Shown in pieces: positions 28,499 through 37,846 of a stretch of 64,000 nt of DNA. Every line of letters begins with the position of its first letter. The first letter of the stretch is position 1. A program made the position numbers and the translations under genes. The DNA is from an uncultured Solirubrobacteraceae bacterium (GTDB lineage: Bacteria; Actinomycetota; Thermoleophilia; Solirubrobacterales; Solirubrobacteraceae): the NCBI GenBank assembly GCA_964588985.1, contig CAZPQW010000004.1, positions 96,001-160,000 on the forward strand, written 5' to 3'. The notes under the pieces were generated by a model. That model saw only the letters and a program-made list of their open reading frames with translations. It had not been told where the DNA came from and ran no database searches.

Positions 28499-29044
28499 AT
28501 GAGACGAATTCTGGCGCGACTGGTCGCTGTTGCGGCTGCGCTCTCGTCGATCGGGACGGCCGGCATCATGGCCGCGCCGGCGAGCGCTGCTGGCACGGCA
28601 TGCACGGGCAACTCGGGGGCGGTTACGTTCTCCCCGGGGCTCACGGGTACGGCGAAGGTGCAGAACATCGTGATCAAGGGAAGCTTCACCGGCTGCACAG
28701 GCTCGACGGTGAACTCGGCGACATACGTGGCGAAACTCAAGTCTGCGCACGCGGCGACCTGCGCGACGCTGGCCGTGGCAGGGGAAACGGCGTCCGGGTC
28801 ATTCGTGGTGAAGTGGTCGCCAAAGGGTCAGGGCAACTCGCACGGCACGCTCACGTTGACGGAGACGGGCGGAACCGGGGCAAGCGCGGCGGGCACGATC
28901 AGCGAAGGCCTGTTCTCGGGGCTGGGCGTCTCCGGATCGGCAGAAGCGCTCACGCCGATCTTCACCGGCACCGGCGAACCGTGCACCAAGAAGAACCCGC
29001 TCAAGAAAGCAACGTTTACGAGCTCGGGCATCGCGATCTCCTGA
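28499..29044 (+). CDS. Secreted beta-rich protein with four Cys
   Basis: Strong RBS, signal peptide APASA-A, motifs CTG.SG.VTFSPGL and FTGCTG. Confidence 0.8.
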   Translation: MRRILARLVAVAAALSSIGTAGIMAAPASAAGTACTGNSGAVTFSPGLTGTAKVQNIVIKGSFTGCTGSTVNSATYVAKLKSAHAATCATLAVAGETASGSFVVKWSPKGQGNSHGTLTLTETGGTGASAAGTISEGLFSGLGVSGSAEALTPIFTGTGEPCTKKNPLKKATFTSSGIAIS

Positions 29045-29057
29045 AGCTCTGCTGACT

Positions 29058-29106
29058 GCGCGAGATGGTGGCCCTGGACCCCACTCCTGGGGCCGCCATC
29101 TCGCGC
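29058..29106 (+). terminator. Long GC-rich hairpin after secreted protein gene
   Basis: GCGCGAGATGGTGGCCC...GGGCCGCCATCTCGCGC. Confidence 0.65.
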
Positions 29107-29148
29107 GGATGTGGCGGTGAGCACCTGAAGACGGGACAATGCGGGGCA

Positions 29149-29556
29149 GTGGACGGTCATCGCCAGCGCAACATCGACGCCCACCGCTCGGTGGTCGAGG
29201 CGGTCAACGCACGTGAGGTCCCCGAGGCGCTGCTGGCGCCCGGCTTCTCGATGGAGAACCGTCTCAGCGCGGTGACCGACTACGACTACCACGGCGCGAC
29301 CGGATTCGCCGACTGGATGAGCGACTTGTTCGAAGTGTTCGCGGAGGGTGCACTCTACGAGGTCGAGGAGGTACTCGCCGCAGGCGAGGACTACGTGGCG
29401 GCGATGTTCTGTGTCGCTGGTCGAGGCGCCCGCTCGCGGCTGCCGCTCGAGTTCCGCTGGGCGGGCGTGACGTGGTTTCGCGGCGGTCTCGCCACGAAGG
29501 CGGTCGGCTACAGCTCGCGCGAGGAGGCGCTGAAAGCGGTCGACCTGAAGCCTTGA
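29149..29556 (+). CDS. SnoaL/NTF2-like protein
   Basis: YHGATGFADW...GRGARSRLP...FRGGL...SREEALKAV. Confidence 0.75.
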   Translation: MDGHRQRNIDAHRSVVEAVNAREVPEALLAPGFSMENRLSAVTDYDYHGATGFADWMSDLFEVFAEGALYEVEEVLAAGEDYVAAMFCVAGRGARSRLPLEFRWAGVTWFRGGLATKAVGYSSREEALKAVDLKP

Positions 29557-29607
29557 GTCGCGCGCTACGACCTTCGTCCAGAGCGCTTTCAAAGGCTAAC
29601 GGCAAGC

Positions 29608-29635
29608 GTTTCGATGGGTCGAATCATCGGGGTAG
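29608..29635 (+). promoter_or_regulatory. SigB/SigF-type promoter (GTTTCG-N16-GGGTAG)
   Basis: Located 22 bp before the STAS gene start. Confidence 0.55.
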
Positions 29636-29657
29636 AAACCCCCTGGAAGGAGACGCG

Positions 29658-30023
29658 ATGTCGTCGTTCTACATCACCGAGGACGTGCAGGCCGACGGCC
29701 TCGCCGTACTTGCGGTCAGCGGAGAGATCGACTTCGAGGTGAGCCCGCGGTTGAGGGCCTCCATCGACCGCCACGTCAAGGCCGGGCACGGTCGCCTGAT
29801 GCTCGACCTCTCAGAGGCGAGCTTCATCGACTCCACCGCGATCGGCGTGATCGCCGGGTGCGCCACGAGCCTGCGCAGGTCGGGGGAGGGGCTGATGGTG
29901 ATCGTCTGTCCGGTGGAGAACCGCAAGATCATGCGGATCTTCGAGATCGCGGGGTTGGAGCGCGCCGTCGACGTTCACCCGTCTCGCGAGGATGCGCTGG
30001 CCGATCTCGCCGCCGCCGCGTGA
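29658..30023 (+). CDS. STAS-domain anti-anti-sigma factor (RsbV-like)
   Basis: SGEIDF, DLSEASFIDSTAIG, IFEIAGL. Confidence 0.92.
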   Translation: MSSFYITEDVQADGLAVLAVSGEIDFEVSPRLRASIDRHVKAGHGRLMLDLSEASFIDSTAIGVIAGCATSLRRSGEGLMVIVCPVENRKIMRIFEIAGLERAVDVHPSREDALADLAAAA

Positions 30024-30024
30024 C

Positions 30025-30432
30025 ATGACCGCTCAGGCCGAGTTGAGCCTCGCTTCGGAGCTGCGCCTGCGCGCCACCGCATACGATCTCGCCGGCGCAC
30101 GCGACTACGCGGCTGCGGCCGCGGCCGCCTTCGGGTTGAGTCCCGACGACGGCTACGACTTCGTGTACGCCGTCAACGAGGCGGTGACCAACGCGATCCG
30201 CCACGGCTCGCCCGACGAGCACGGGCAGATCGTGTTGAGCGTCGGCGCCGTCGGCGAGCGGCTGGTGTTCTCCGTGCGCGACTACGGGACGTTCGCGATG
30301 CCCGCCTCCGCGTCCGCCTCGGACCTCGAGGGCGGCCGTGGTTTCGCCCTGATGGAGCAACTGGTCGACGACGTGCAGGTGCAGGCCGACGGCGATGGCA
30401 CAACCGTGACCCTGTCGAAGGCTCGTATGTGA
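30025..30432 (+). CDS. RsbW-like anti-sigma factor / HATPase_c kinase
   Basis: AVNEAVTNAIRHG, VRDYG, GGRGFALM, GTTV. Confidence 0.9.
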   Translation: MTAQAELSLASELRLRATAYDLAGARDYAAAAAAAFGLSPDDGYDFVYAVNEAVTNAIRHGSPDEHGQIVLSVGAVGERLVFSVRDYGTFAMPASASASDLEGGRGFALMEQLVDDVQVQADGDGTTVTLSKARM

Positions 30433-30463
30433 TCATGTGGGCGCACGGACTCATACGGAGGGG

Positions 30464-32287
30464 GTGAGGGTTGGTTTGATCTGCCACCGAAAGTCCAGAG
30501 GCCAACATCCCACACGGCGGGTGACGTGGCGTTCGCTCTGCCTCGTGTGCGCCGTCGTCGTCGCGCCCTCGCCCGTCGCCGCCACAGCCGCGACTCTGAA
30601 TCTGTCGTTGTTGGGCTCATCCTCGAACGGGCAGCACTCATCGCTCCTCGGGATCGCAGTCTCGCCCAATCTGACGGTGGAACTGCCGGCGGTGAAAGTC
30701 GAACTGCCGTTGCTGCCGAAGGTCGAAGCCACGCTGCCGAAGGTGGAAGTGCCTCTGCCCAAGGTCGAAGTGACCCCCTCGCAGCAGCCCGAAACGCCAT
30801 CCGCTCCGACGAGCAGCACGCCGGCGCCTGCGCCGACGAGCCCCTCTGCTCCCGCGGGCGAAACGCCGTCGAGCGCTGGGGGCGGCACGTCCACCGCCCC
30901 GACAGCAGGCGCGAGCACGGCGACGATCGCATCGGTCCGCGCTTCGGGCAATGCTCCAGCCACCGCCGCGAGCGCCGAACAGATTCGCTCGCGAGCACCG
31001 CATCGGCACCATCAGACAAATCCGCAGAAGCCGGTGGGACGCAGCGGCCCCCCTCGTCTGCTCGCTGTGAGCTACCCGACCGCGCCGGTGCCCGCCGCAA
31101 GCGCCTCAGGCACCACAGGAGCGGCTCGTGCGCACGCGACAGCCGCTGCGAATCCGCTCGATGCGCTCGGCAGGCACCTACCGATTCCGCTGCCCGTGCC
31201 GGACTGGAGCAAGCCGATCATCCTTCTGCTGTTGCTCGCGGCGCTGTGGTTCGGCGCGCGCTCTCGTCTGGCCGTCCGCCGCGCGCACCGCCTCGAGGGG
31301 CAGCGCGACCTGCTCCTGCAGGATCTCGGAGTGATGCAGACGACGCTCGTGCCGGTGATCCCGCGCCGGGTCGGCGAGTTGGCGGTGTCGGTGGCGTACC
31401 GTCCGGCCGACGGTCCGGCGGCGGGCGGCGACTTCTACGACGTGTTCGAGCTCGAGAGCGGCAGGGTGGCGGTGATCCTGGGGGACGTGGCCGGCCACGG
31501 CCACGAGGCGCTCACGCAGGCGGCGCTGACGCGCTACACGCTGCGCGCCTACCTCCAGGCCGGCCTGGAGCCGCGCGCGGCGCTAGCGCTCGCTGGAAGC
31601 GTGCTCGCGGATGCCTCGGCGGCGCACTTCGCGACCGTGGCGGTCGGGATCTACGACGGCTCCCGCGGCACGCTCGTCCACGCGAGCGCCGGACATCCGC
31701 CGCCGATCCTGACGGGCTTCGACGCGCCCGAGCCGCTCACGGTGTGCTGCTCTCCGCCGGTCGGGTGGGACGTGCCGACCGGCCGTCGCCAGACGACGCT
31801 CTCGCTGCCCGCGGGCGCTGGGGTGTGCTTCTTCAGCGACGGCCTGATCGAGGCTCGCACGAAGGACGGTCTGCTCGGCCGCGATCGCCTGACGGGCATG
31901 CTCGCCGAGCTCGGCGCGCGTCCGACCTCGGCCGAGCTGCTCGAGCGGGTGCAGGCGGGAGCCGAGTCCACGCCCGACGACATGGTGGCCTGCATCCTCG
32001 CGCCGCAGGTGACCGTCGCCTCGGTTAGCTGTCATGTGGAGGAGCTGGAAGTCGACGCCGACGATCTCCGCGGTGACGGCATGGAGCGCTTCCTCGATGC
32101 GTGTGGCGTGGCTGGGCCCGAGATCGCGGCGGCGTCGGCTCGTGCGCGGGAGCTCCTCGATGCCGGCGAGACGGCGCTGCTGCACGTCGAGTGCACGTCT
32201 GACGGTAGTCCCGCGGCCGTCGCGGTCGTGCCGGGTCTCGAAGCGCCGGTCGATGCGCAGGCTCATGTCGAGTTGAGCCGCCTCTAG
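30464..32287 (+). CDS. SpoIIE/PP2C phosphatase with Pro-rich extracytoplasmic N-terminus
   Basis: GGDFYD, GDVAGHG, SAGHPPP, SDGLIE, DD motifs; TM before the domain; start uncertain. Confidence 0.88.
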   Translation: MRVGLICHRKSRGQHPTRRVTWRSLCLVCAVVVAPSPVAATAATLNLSLLGSSSNGQHSSLLGIAVSPNLTVELPAVKVELPLLPKVEATLPKVEVPLPKVEVTPSQQPETPSAPTSSTPAPAPTSPSAPAGETPSSAGGGTSTAPTAGASTATIASVRASGNAPATAASAEQIRSRAPHRHHQTNPQKPVGRSGPPRLLAVSYPTAPVPAASASGTTGAARAHATAAANPLDALGRHLPIPLPVPDWSKPIILLLLLAALWFGARSRLAVRRAHRLEGQRDLLLQDLGVMQTTLVPVIPRRVGELAVSVAYRPADGPAAGGDFYDVFELESGRVAVILGDVAGHGHEALTQAALTRYTLRAYLQAGLEPRAALALAGSVLADASAAHFATVAVGIYDGSRGTLVHASAGHPPPILTGFDAPEPLTVCCSPPVGWDVPTGRRQTTLSLPAGAGVCFFSDGLIEARTKDGLLGRDRLTGMLAELGARPTSAELLERVQAGAESTPDDMVACILAPQVTVASVSCHVEELEVDADDLRGDGMERFLDACGVAGPEIAAASARARELLDAGETALLHVECTSDGSPAAVAVVPGLEAPVDAQAHVELSRL

Positions 32288-32607
32288 CGACGGATGTGGC
32301 GACGGCGGGAGCTCGTCGGCCGGGACACGCTCCTGGGCCCTCCGCGCAGCTGAAGCTGGCCGAGCGGACTGCCGGGCTCGGGCGGCGGACGTTCGAGGCC
32401 TTCAACCAGCTCGGCGAGGCTGACGCCGAGGGCGTTGATGATCTTGACCACGGTGGTCCATCCCGGACTGTTGAGTCCGCGTTCGATCCTCGACAGCGAC
32501 GAGACCGTGATGCCGGCCTCGTAGGCGAGGTCTTCCTGGGTGATGTCGCGCTCCTCGCGGAGCTGTTTCACGACCGCTGCCAGGACTGGATCGGGCTGCT
32601 CGTGCAC
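32284..32607 (-). CDS. XRE family HTH regulator
   Basis: LREERDITQEDLAYEAG...IERGLNSPGWTT; similar to 10023-10259. Confidence 0.85.
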   Translation of the reverse strand: MHEQPDPVLAAVVKQLREERDITQEDLAYEAGITVSSLSRIERGLNSPGWTTVVKIINALGVSLAELVEGLERPPPEPGSPLGQLQLRGGPRSVSRPTSSRRRHIRR

Positions 32608-32786
32608 CTCAGAAACGTGCCTCAATACCCGGCCTCGGGTCCAGAGGTACGACGCCTAGGACTGCTTGCTTTGTTGGAGACATTGCGCTCGTCCGCTCCG
32701 CTTCGCGTTCGCCCGACGGGTGCTGGGTTTCGGCGCTTCGACGACCGATCTACCGGTCGGTGCCGCGACGGCTGCACTTGTCAATG

Positions 32787-32800
32787 CGAACATGTGTTCG
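32787..32800. promoter_or_regulatory. LexA (SOS) box CGAAC-ATGT-GTTCG
   Basis: Perfect Gram-positive/actinobacterial CGAAC-N4-GTTCG, 1 bp before ATG 32802. Confidence 0.85.
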
Positions 32801-32801
32801 T

Positions 32802-33125
32802 ATGGGTCTTGGACCATATCACCCCGTTCGCGACCTCGAACGAGCTCTCGAGCGCGGTGACCTGGAGATGGCGATCGCGCTCGCGAAGGACGTCTCGCGC
32901 GAGCACGGACGCCCGATCCACATCGATCTCGCGTTGCGTCTGCTGGCGCTCGTGGCGGTGCAGCGGCTCGAGGAGTACGACCGCTGGGCCTGCCGCTGGC
33001 TCGCACGGTGGCTCGGCGAGACCGCCGGAGCGACGATCGACCAGACGGCCGAGATCGCGGGTGCGCTGGCGGAACTTCCGGAGGAGCCGCGCTCGCTGGA
33101 TGCGATCCGCGGGGTGCTGCGCTGA
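32802..33125 (+). CDS. Small alpha-helical hypothetical protein, probably SOS-regulated
   Basis: LERALERGDL...YDRWACRWLARW; SOS box directly upstream. Confidence 0.75.
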   Translation: MGLGPYHPVRDLERALERGDLEMAIALAKDVSREHGRPIHIDLALRLLALVAVQRLEEYDRWACRWLARWLGETAGATIDQTAEIAGALAELPEEPRSLDAIRGVLR

Positions 33126-33131
33126 GAGGCG

Positions 33132-33455
33132 CTACCTGCCGGTCGTGCGGTGCATGGAGGCGCGTTTGTGGCCCGGGCTGCCTCGTCCCGTGGCCGCGCC
33201 GCTTGAGCTCGCGCCATGGGCGGGCGTGGGCGTGCGGCGGATGAGCATGCGCAGCGCTCGGTCGCCCGCGCCCTCCTCGGCCCGCTCGCTCAGCGTCTTC
33301 GGGTCTACCGTGCGCAGCACGGGACCGCGGCTGGGGTCGAGAACCGCGACGACGACCTTGGCTCTGCTGGGCACGTCGAACACGATCCCGTCGAGGGCCG
33401 GGCCGCCGTCCGCGACCGTGACGAGTTCACCAGCGGTTGCGGACTCCATCGCCAC
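33132..33455 (-). CDS. Hypothetical protein
   Basis: DGIVFDVPSRAKVVVAVLDPSRGP beta-rich core, basic tail. Confidence 0.65.
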   Translation of the reverse strand: MAMESATAGELVTVADGGPALDGIVFDVPSRAKVVVAVLDPSRGPVLRTVDPKTLSERAEEGAGDRALRMLIRRTPTPAHGASSSGAATGRGSPGHKRASMHRTTGR

Positions 33456-33530
33456 AGCCTACTGCGCCGCTCCGGCGACGTGTCTCTGTTTGCGGTGCAT
33501 ACGACCTGACGCACGCATACGCTCTCGGTA

Positions 33531-34982
33531 GTGCAACCCCTGGAGAAGCTGCGTGCGCGCATGGCCGAGCTCTCGGACCTCGCGTCGATCGAGATGCTGC
33601 TCAGCTGGGATCAGCTGGTGATGATGCCCTCACAGGGCGGCGAGTCCAGGGGACAGCACCTCGGCACCCTCGCGCGCGTCACACACGAGCTTGCGACCGC
33701 GCAGGAGATCGGAAGCTGGCTCGAGGAGCTCGACGGCGCCGCGCTCGACGGCCTGGACGCCGATGTGGTGCGGCTGGCGCGGCGCGACTTCGAGCGCGCG
33801 CGCCGCGTTCCGGAAGATCTCGCTGTGGAGCTGGCCCGCGCGGGCACCGAGGGTCAGGAGATCTGGCAGCAGGCGCGCGCGGATGACGACTTCGGCGCGT
33901 TCGCTCCGGCGCTCGAGCGAAACGTGGAGCTTGCGCGCTCCTACGGCGAATGCGTGGCGGGCGAGGACGAGAGCGCTTACGAGGGCCTGCTCGGCGATTA
34001 CGACTTCGGTCTGCGCACGGATGAGCTGCGCCGCGTGTTCGATGCGCTCGCGGTAGCGCTGCCACCGCTCGTGGAGCGCGCGAGCGCGTGCTCTCCACCT
34101 CGGAGCATCGAGGTGCCGATCAGCGCACAGCAGGCGGCCGTGACGGGCACGCTGCGTCGCCTGGGCGTGGAGAGCGACAGCTGGAGGGTGGACGTATCGA
34201 CGCACCCGTTCACCGCGTGGATCGGGCGCGGAGACTCGCGCGTGACGACGCGCTACGGCGACGGCGAGGTGGAGTCGCTGCTGAGCTCGCTGCACGAGTA
34301 CGGGCACGCGCTGTACGAGCGCCAGGTCGACCCGCTGCTGGACCGCACGAACCTCGGCGGCGGCACGTCGATGTCGATCCACGAGTCCCAGAGCAAGCTG
34401 TGGGAGAACCACGTCGCGCGCAACCGCGCGTTCGCCGAGGTGCTCGCGGCGGAGCTGCGCGGCGGAGGGTTCGAGGTGACGGCGGCGGAGCTGCACGCGA
34501 GCCTCGTCGGCGTCGCGCCCTCGGCGATCCGCGTGTCCGCCGACCCGCTCACATACCCGCTGCACATCGTGCTGCGCTTCGAGCTGGAGCTTGCGCTGAT
34601 CGCAGGCGATCTCGCGGTCGCGGACCTGCCGGACGCGTGGCGTGAGGGGATGCGCCGTCTGCTCGGGGTGGAGGTCGCCTCGGACGCGGTTGGTTGTCTG
34701 CAGGACGTGCACTGGAGCTCGGGCAGCTTCGGCTACTTCCCCAGCTATGCGCTCGGCTGCCTGATCGCGGCGCAGCTGTGGGAGGCGATGGAGGCCGAGA
34801 TCGGCCCGCGCGAGGAGGATCTGCGCCGCGGCGAGGTGGCCCCGATTCAGCGCTGGCTCGGCGAGCGGGTGCACCGCCACGGCAGGCGCATGGACACGAC
34901 GGAGCTGGTCGAGCACGCCACGGGGCGGGCGTTGGAGATCGAGCCGTTCCTGCGCTACGTGGCGCCGCTCGCCGAAGGCTGA
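33531..34982 (+). CDS. Carboxypeptidase M32 (Taq-like)
   Basis: HPF, HEYGHALYE, HESQS, GCLQDVHW, GYFPSYALG. Confidence 0.95.
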   Translation: MQPLEKLRARMAELSDLASIEMLLSWDQLVMMPSQGGESRGQHLGTLARVTHELATAQEIGSWLEELDGAALDGLDADVVRLARRDFERARRVPEDLAVELARAGTEGQEIWQQARADDDFGAFAPALERNVELARSYGECVAGEDESAYEGLLGDYDFGLRTDELRRVFDALAVALPPLVERASACSPPRSIEVPISAQQAAVTGTLRRLGVESDSWRVDVSTHPFTAWIGRGDSRVTTRYGDGEVESLLSSLHEYGHALYERQVDPLLDRTNLGGGTSMSIHESQSKLWENHVARNRAFAEVLAAELRGGGFEVTAAELHASLVGVAPSAIRVSADPLTYPLHIVLRFELELALIAGDLAVADLPDAWREGMRRLLGVEVASDAVGCLQDVHWSSGSFGYFPSYALGCLIAAQLWEAMEAEIGPREEDLRRGEVAPIQRWLGERVHRHGRRMDTTELVEHATGRALEIEPFLRYVAPLAEG

Positions 34983-35001
34983 CCCGCGAGGACCCAGAGC
35001 C

Positions 35002-36663
35002 TCAGGCGGTTGCCGCCGCCGCGGCCCGGCCGGCGATCCGTCCAGAGAACAGGCAGCCGCCGAGGAACGTTCCCTCGAGCGCCCGGTAGCCGTGCACGCC
35101 GCCGCCGCCGAAGCCCGCGACCTCGCCCGCCGCGTACAGCCCCGCAAGCGGCTCGCCGGTGCTCTGCAGCACACGGCTGGAGAGGTCCGTCTGCAGCCCG
35201 CCGAGCGTCTTGCGCGTGAGGATGCTCAGGCGCACGGCGATCAGCGGGCCGGCGTCTGGGTCGAGGATGCGGTGCGGCGCGGCGATGCGGGTGATCCTGT
35301 CGGCCCAGTAGGCGCGCGCGCCACGGATGGCGGTGACCTGCAGGTCCTTGGTATAGGGGTTGGCGATCTCGCGGTCACGGGCGAGGACTTCGCTCTCGAC
35401 CTGCGCGAGCTCCAGCAGCGGCTCGTCGGTGATCGCGTTCATGCCGGCCACCAGCGCGCGCAGGTCGCGCTCGACGACGAAGTCCGCGCCGTGGCGCTTG
35501 AACGCCTCGACCGGCGGGGGCGCGCCCTTGCCGAGGCGCGAGGCGAGCACCTGGCGCACGCTCTTGGAGGCGAGGTCGGGGTTCTGCTCGGAGCCCGACA
35601 GCGCGAACTCCTTCTCGATGATCTTCTGCGTGAGCAGGAACCACGTGTGCTCGTGGCCGGTGCGCATGATGTGCTCGAGCGTGCCGAGCGTGTCGAAGCC
35701 GGGAAACAGCGGCACCGGCAGGCGTTTGCCGGTCGCGTCGAGCCACAGCGAGGACGGGCCGGGGATGATGCGGATGCCGTGCCGGCTCCAGATCGGGTCC
35801 CAGTTCTCGAGGCCCTCGACGTAGTGCCACATGCGATCGGGGTTGATCACGTTCGCACCGGCGCTCTGCGAGATCTCGATCATGCGCCCGTCGACGTGGT
35901 CGGGCACGCCCGCGACCATCCGCGTGGGGGGTTTGCCGAGACGCTCCGGCCAGTTGCGGCGCACCAGATCGAAGTTCGCTCCGATGCCGCCGGAGGTCAC
36001 GATCACCGCCTGCGCGGAGAGTTCGAACGTCCCCACCGCGACGCGCGAGCTGGGTCGCCCGCGCTCGACGGCGCTGTGCTCGAGGATCTCGCCCGAGACA
36101 CCGTCGATCGCGCCGGCGCTCGCGGTGAGCGCGTCGACCTTGTGCCTGAAGCGCAGCTCGACCAGGCCGCGCCGCTGCGCCTCGCGCACGCGCCTGACGA
36201 ACGGCTCGATCACGCCAGGGCCGACGCCCCACGTGAGATGGAAGCGCGGCACTGAGTTGCCGGGCCCATTGGCGCCGTAGCCGCCGCGCTCGGCCCAGCC
36301 GACGTTCGGCACGAAGCGCACCCCCTGGGCGTGCAGCCATGCACGCTTCTCGCCGGACGCGAAGTCCACGTAGGCCTCCGCCCAACGGCGCGGCCACTCG
36401 TCCTCCGGGCGGTCGAACCCAGCGGTGCCGAGCCAGTCCTGCCAAGCGAGCTCGCGCGAGTCGCGGATGCGCATCCGCCGCTGCTCGGGGCTGTCGACGA
36501 GGAACAGGCCGCCCAGCGACCAGAACGCCTGCCCGCCGAGCGACGCCTCGGGCTCCTGGTCGAGCACGAGCACACGGCGTCCCGCGTCGGCGAGCTCGGC
36601 GGTGGCCACGAGGCCGGCGAGGCCGCCGCCGACGACGATCACATCGGCATCGAGAGCGCTCAT
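35002..36663 (-). CDS. FAD-binding dehydrogenase (KsdD-like)
   Basis: GGGLAG, GGQAFWSLGG, RKTLGG, GYRALEGTFLGGC. Confidence 0.92.
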   Translation of the reverse strand: MSALDADVIVVGGGLAGLVATAELADAGRRVLVLDQEPEASLGGQAFWSLGGLFLVDSPEQRRMRIRDSRELAWQDWLGTAGFDRPEDEWPRRWAEAYVDFASGEKRAWLHAQGVRFVPNVGWAERGGYGANGPGNSVPRFHLTWGVGPGVIEPFVRRVREAQRRGLVELRFRHKVDALTASAGAIDGVSGEILEHSAVERGRPSSRVAVGTFELSAQAVIVTSGGIGANFDLVRRNWPERLGKPPTRMVAGVPDHVDGRMIEISQSAGANVINPDRMWHYVEGLENWDPIWSRHGIRIIPGPSSLWLDATGKRLPVPLFPGFDTLGTLEHIMRTGHEHTWFLLTQKIIEKEFALSGSEQNPDLASKSVRQVLASRLGKGAPPPVEAFKRHGADFVVERDLRALVAGMNAITDEPLLELAQVESEVLARDREIANPYTKDLQVTAIRGARAYWADRITRIAAPHRILDPDAGPLIAVRLSILTRKTLGGLQTDLSSRVLQSTGEPLAGLYAAGEVAGFGGGGVHGYRALEGTFLGGCLFSGRIAGRAAAAATA

Positions 36664-36772
36664 CTGCGGGTGGATGCGAGCCGTCGGCTCGGCTGGGTCG
36701 CGGTGTGGGTCATGGTCGGCGCGCGGAAGTATCGCAGCGTCTCCGCCGCGCGCGCCGTTCAGGCGAGGCGAG

Positions 36773-37846
36773 TCAGGCGGCGGGGACCGCGATGGTGAAG
36801 GCGTCCACGCTGGGCGTGACTTTGCCGGTCCTGTCCACGCCGGTGTATTCGCCGGTGATCTGCGTCGCGGTCACCGCGAGGCGCAGGAACCCCCACTGCT
36901 TCGCTTCGAACTGGTCGAGCACGCAGTCCGGCTTCACTTTGAGGCCCGGGACCGCTTCGCGCGCCATCGCGTGCAGGTTGTGGTAGCCGCTGGCGCCGCA
37001 CACGACGTAGGAGAGGGTTCGATTCCCGATCGTGCGCGTGAAGCGCTGGTAGTTGTGTACGTGTCCGCTGAGCACGAGGTCCGGGTAGCGTCCGGCCGCC
37101 GCGAACGCGCGATCGAGCACTTCACCCATGGCCGGCGAGCCACCGTGGTGGGCGTCGGATGAGTAGGGCGGATGGTGCAGGGTGACGATCAGCGCGCGAC
37201 CCGCCGGCGCCGCCTGCAGCTCGCCGACGAGCCATTGCTCCTGGTCGGGGTGGATCACCCCTCCGCTCGGCACGTTGGAGTACAGGCCGACGATCGTCAC
37301 GAGATCGTCCGTGAGCGTCCAGAACACGTTCGGCTGGTCCATCGTGTCGCGGTTGTACTCGGCCACCTCCGGCAACAGCCGCGGCTCGCTGTCGCAGAAG
37401 TAGCGCACGAACGCCTGCAGGCTTTCTTCGCCGTCTTCTTCGGGGTCGCCGTCGTGGTTGCCGGGAATCGCGAGGATCGGGCGGTTGTAGTGCGCGTAGG
37501 CCTCGAAGAACTGTGGTGGGTATTCGACCTTCGCGCCGTTGAAGTACACGACGTCGCCGACCGAGTAGCAGAGCTCCGCGGGCAGCTTCTGCGCTTCGAG
37601 GTCCTCGATCAGCGCTTTGGCGACCTCCGCCTGCGGGTTGGGGTCCTTGACGCCGCCGTGGTCTCCGATCACGTGGAGCGTGCGCTGGGTCGGGTTGAGC
37701 TCAGGCGTGACCGTCGAGAGCGCCAGCCGGTAGGGCGGGGCGCCGGTGGGTTTGGGCAGCGGCTGGAACGGTTCCTTCGCGCCGGTGCTCTGGTCGCGCT
37801 GGGCCTGCTCGACCGCGGTCGACGGCTCGATTCCGAAGCGCCGCAT
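36773..37846 (-). CDS. Metallophosphoesterase (purple acid phosphatase-like)
   Basis: GDHG, GDVVY, GNHD, HHPPYS, GHVHNYQR. Confidence 0.9.
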   Translation of the reverse strand: MRRFGIEPSTAVEQAQRDQSTGAKEPFQPLPKPTGAPPYRLALSTVTPELNPTQRTLHVIGDHGGVKDPNPQAEVAKALIEDLEAQKLPAELCYSVGDVVYFNGAKVEYPPQFFEAYAHYNRPILAIPGNHDGDPEEDGEESLQAFVRYFCDSEPRLLPEVAEYNRDTMDQPNVFWTLTDDLVTIVGLYSNVPSGGVIHPDQEQWLVGELQAAPAGRALIVTLHHPPYSSDAHHGGSPAMGEVLDRAFAAAGRYPDLVLSGHVHNYQRFTRTIGNRTLSYVVCGASGYHNLHAMAREAVPGLKVKPDCVLDQFEAKQWGFLRLAVTATQITGEYTGVDRTGKVTPSVDAFTIAVPAA

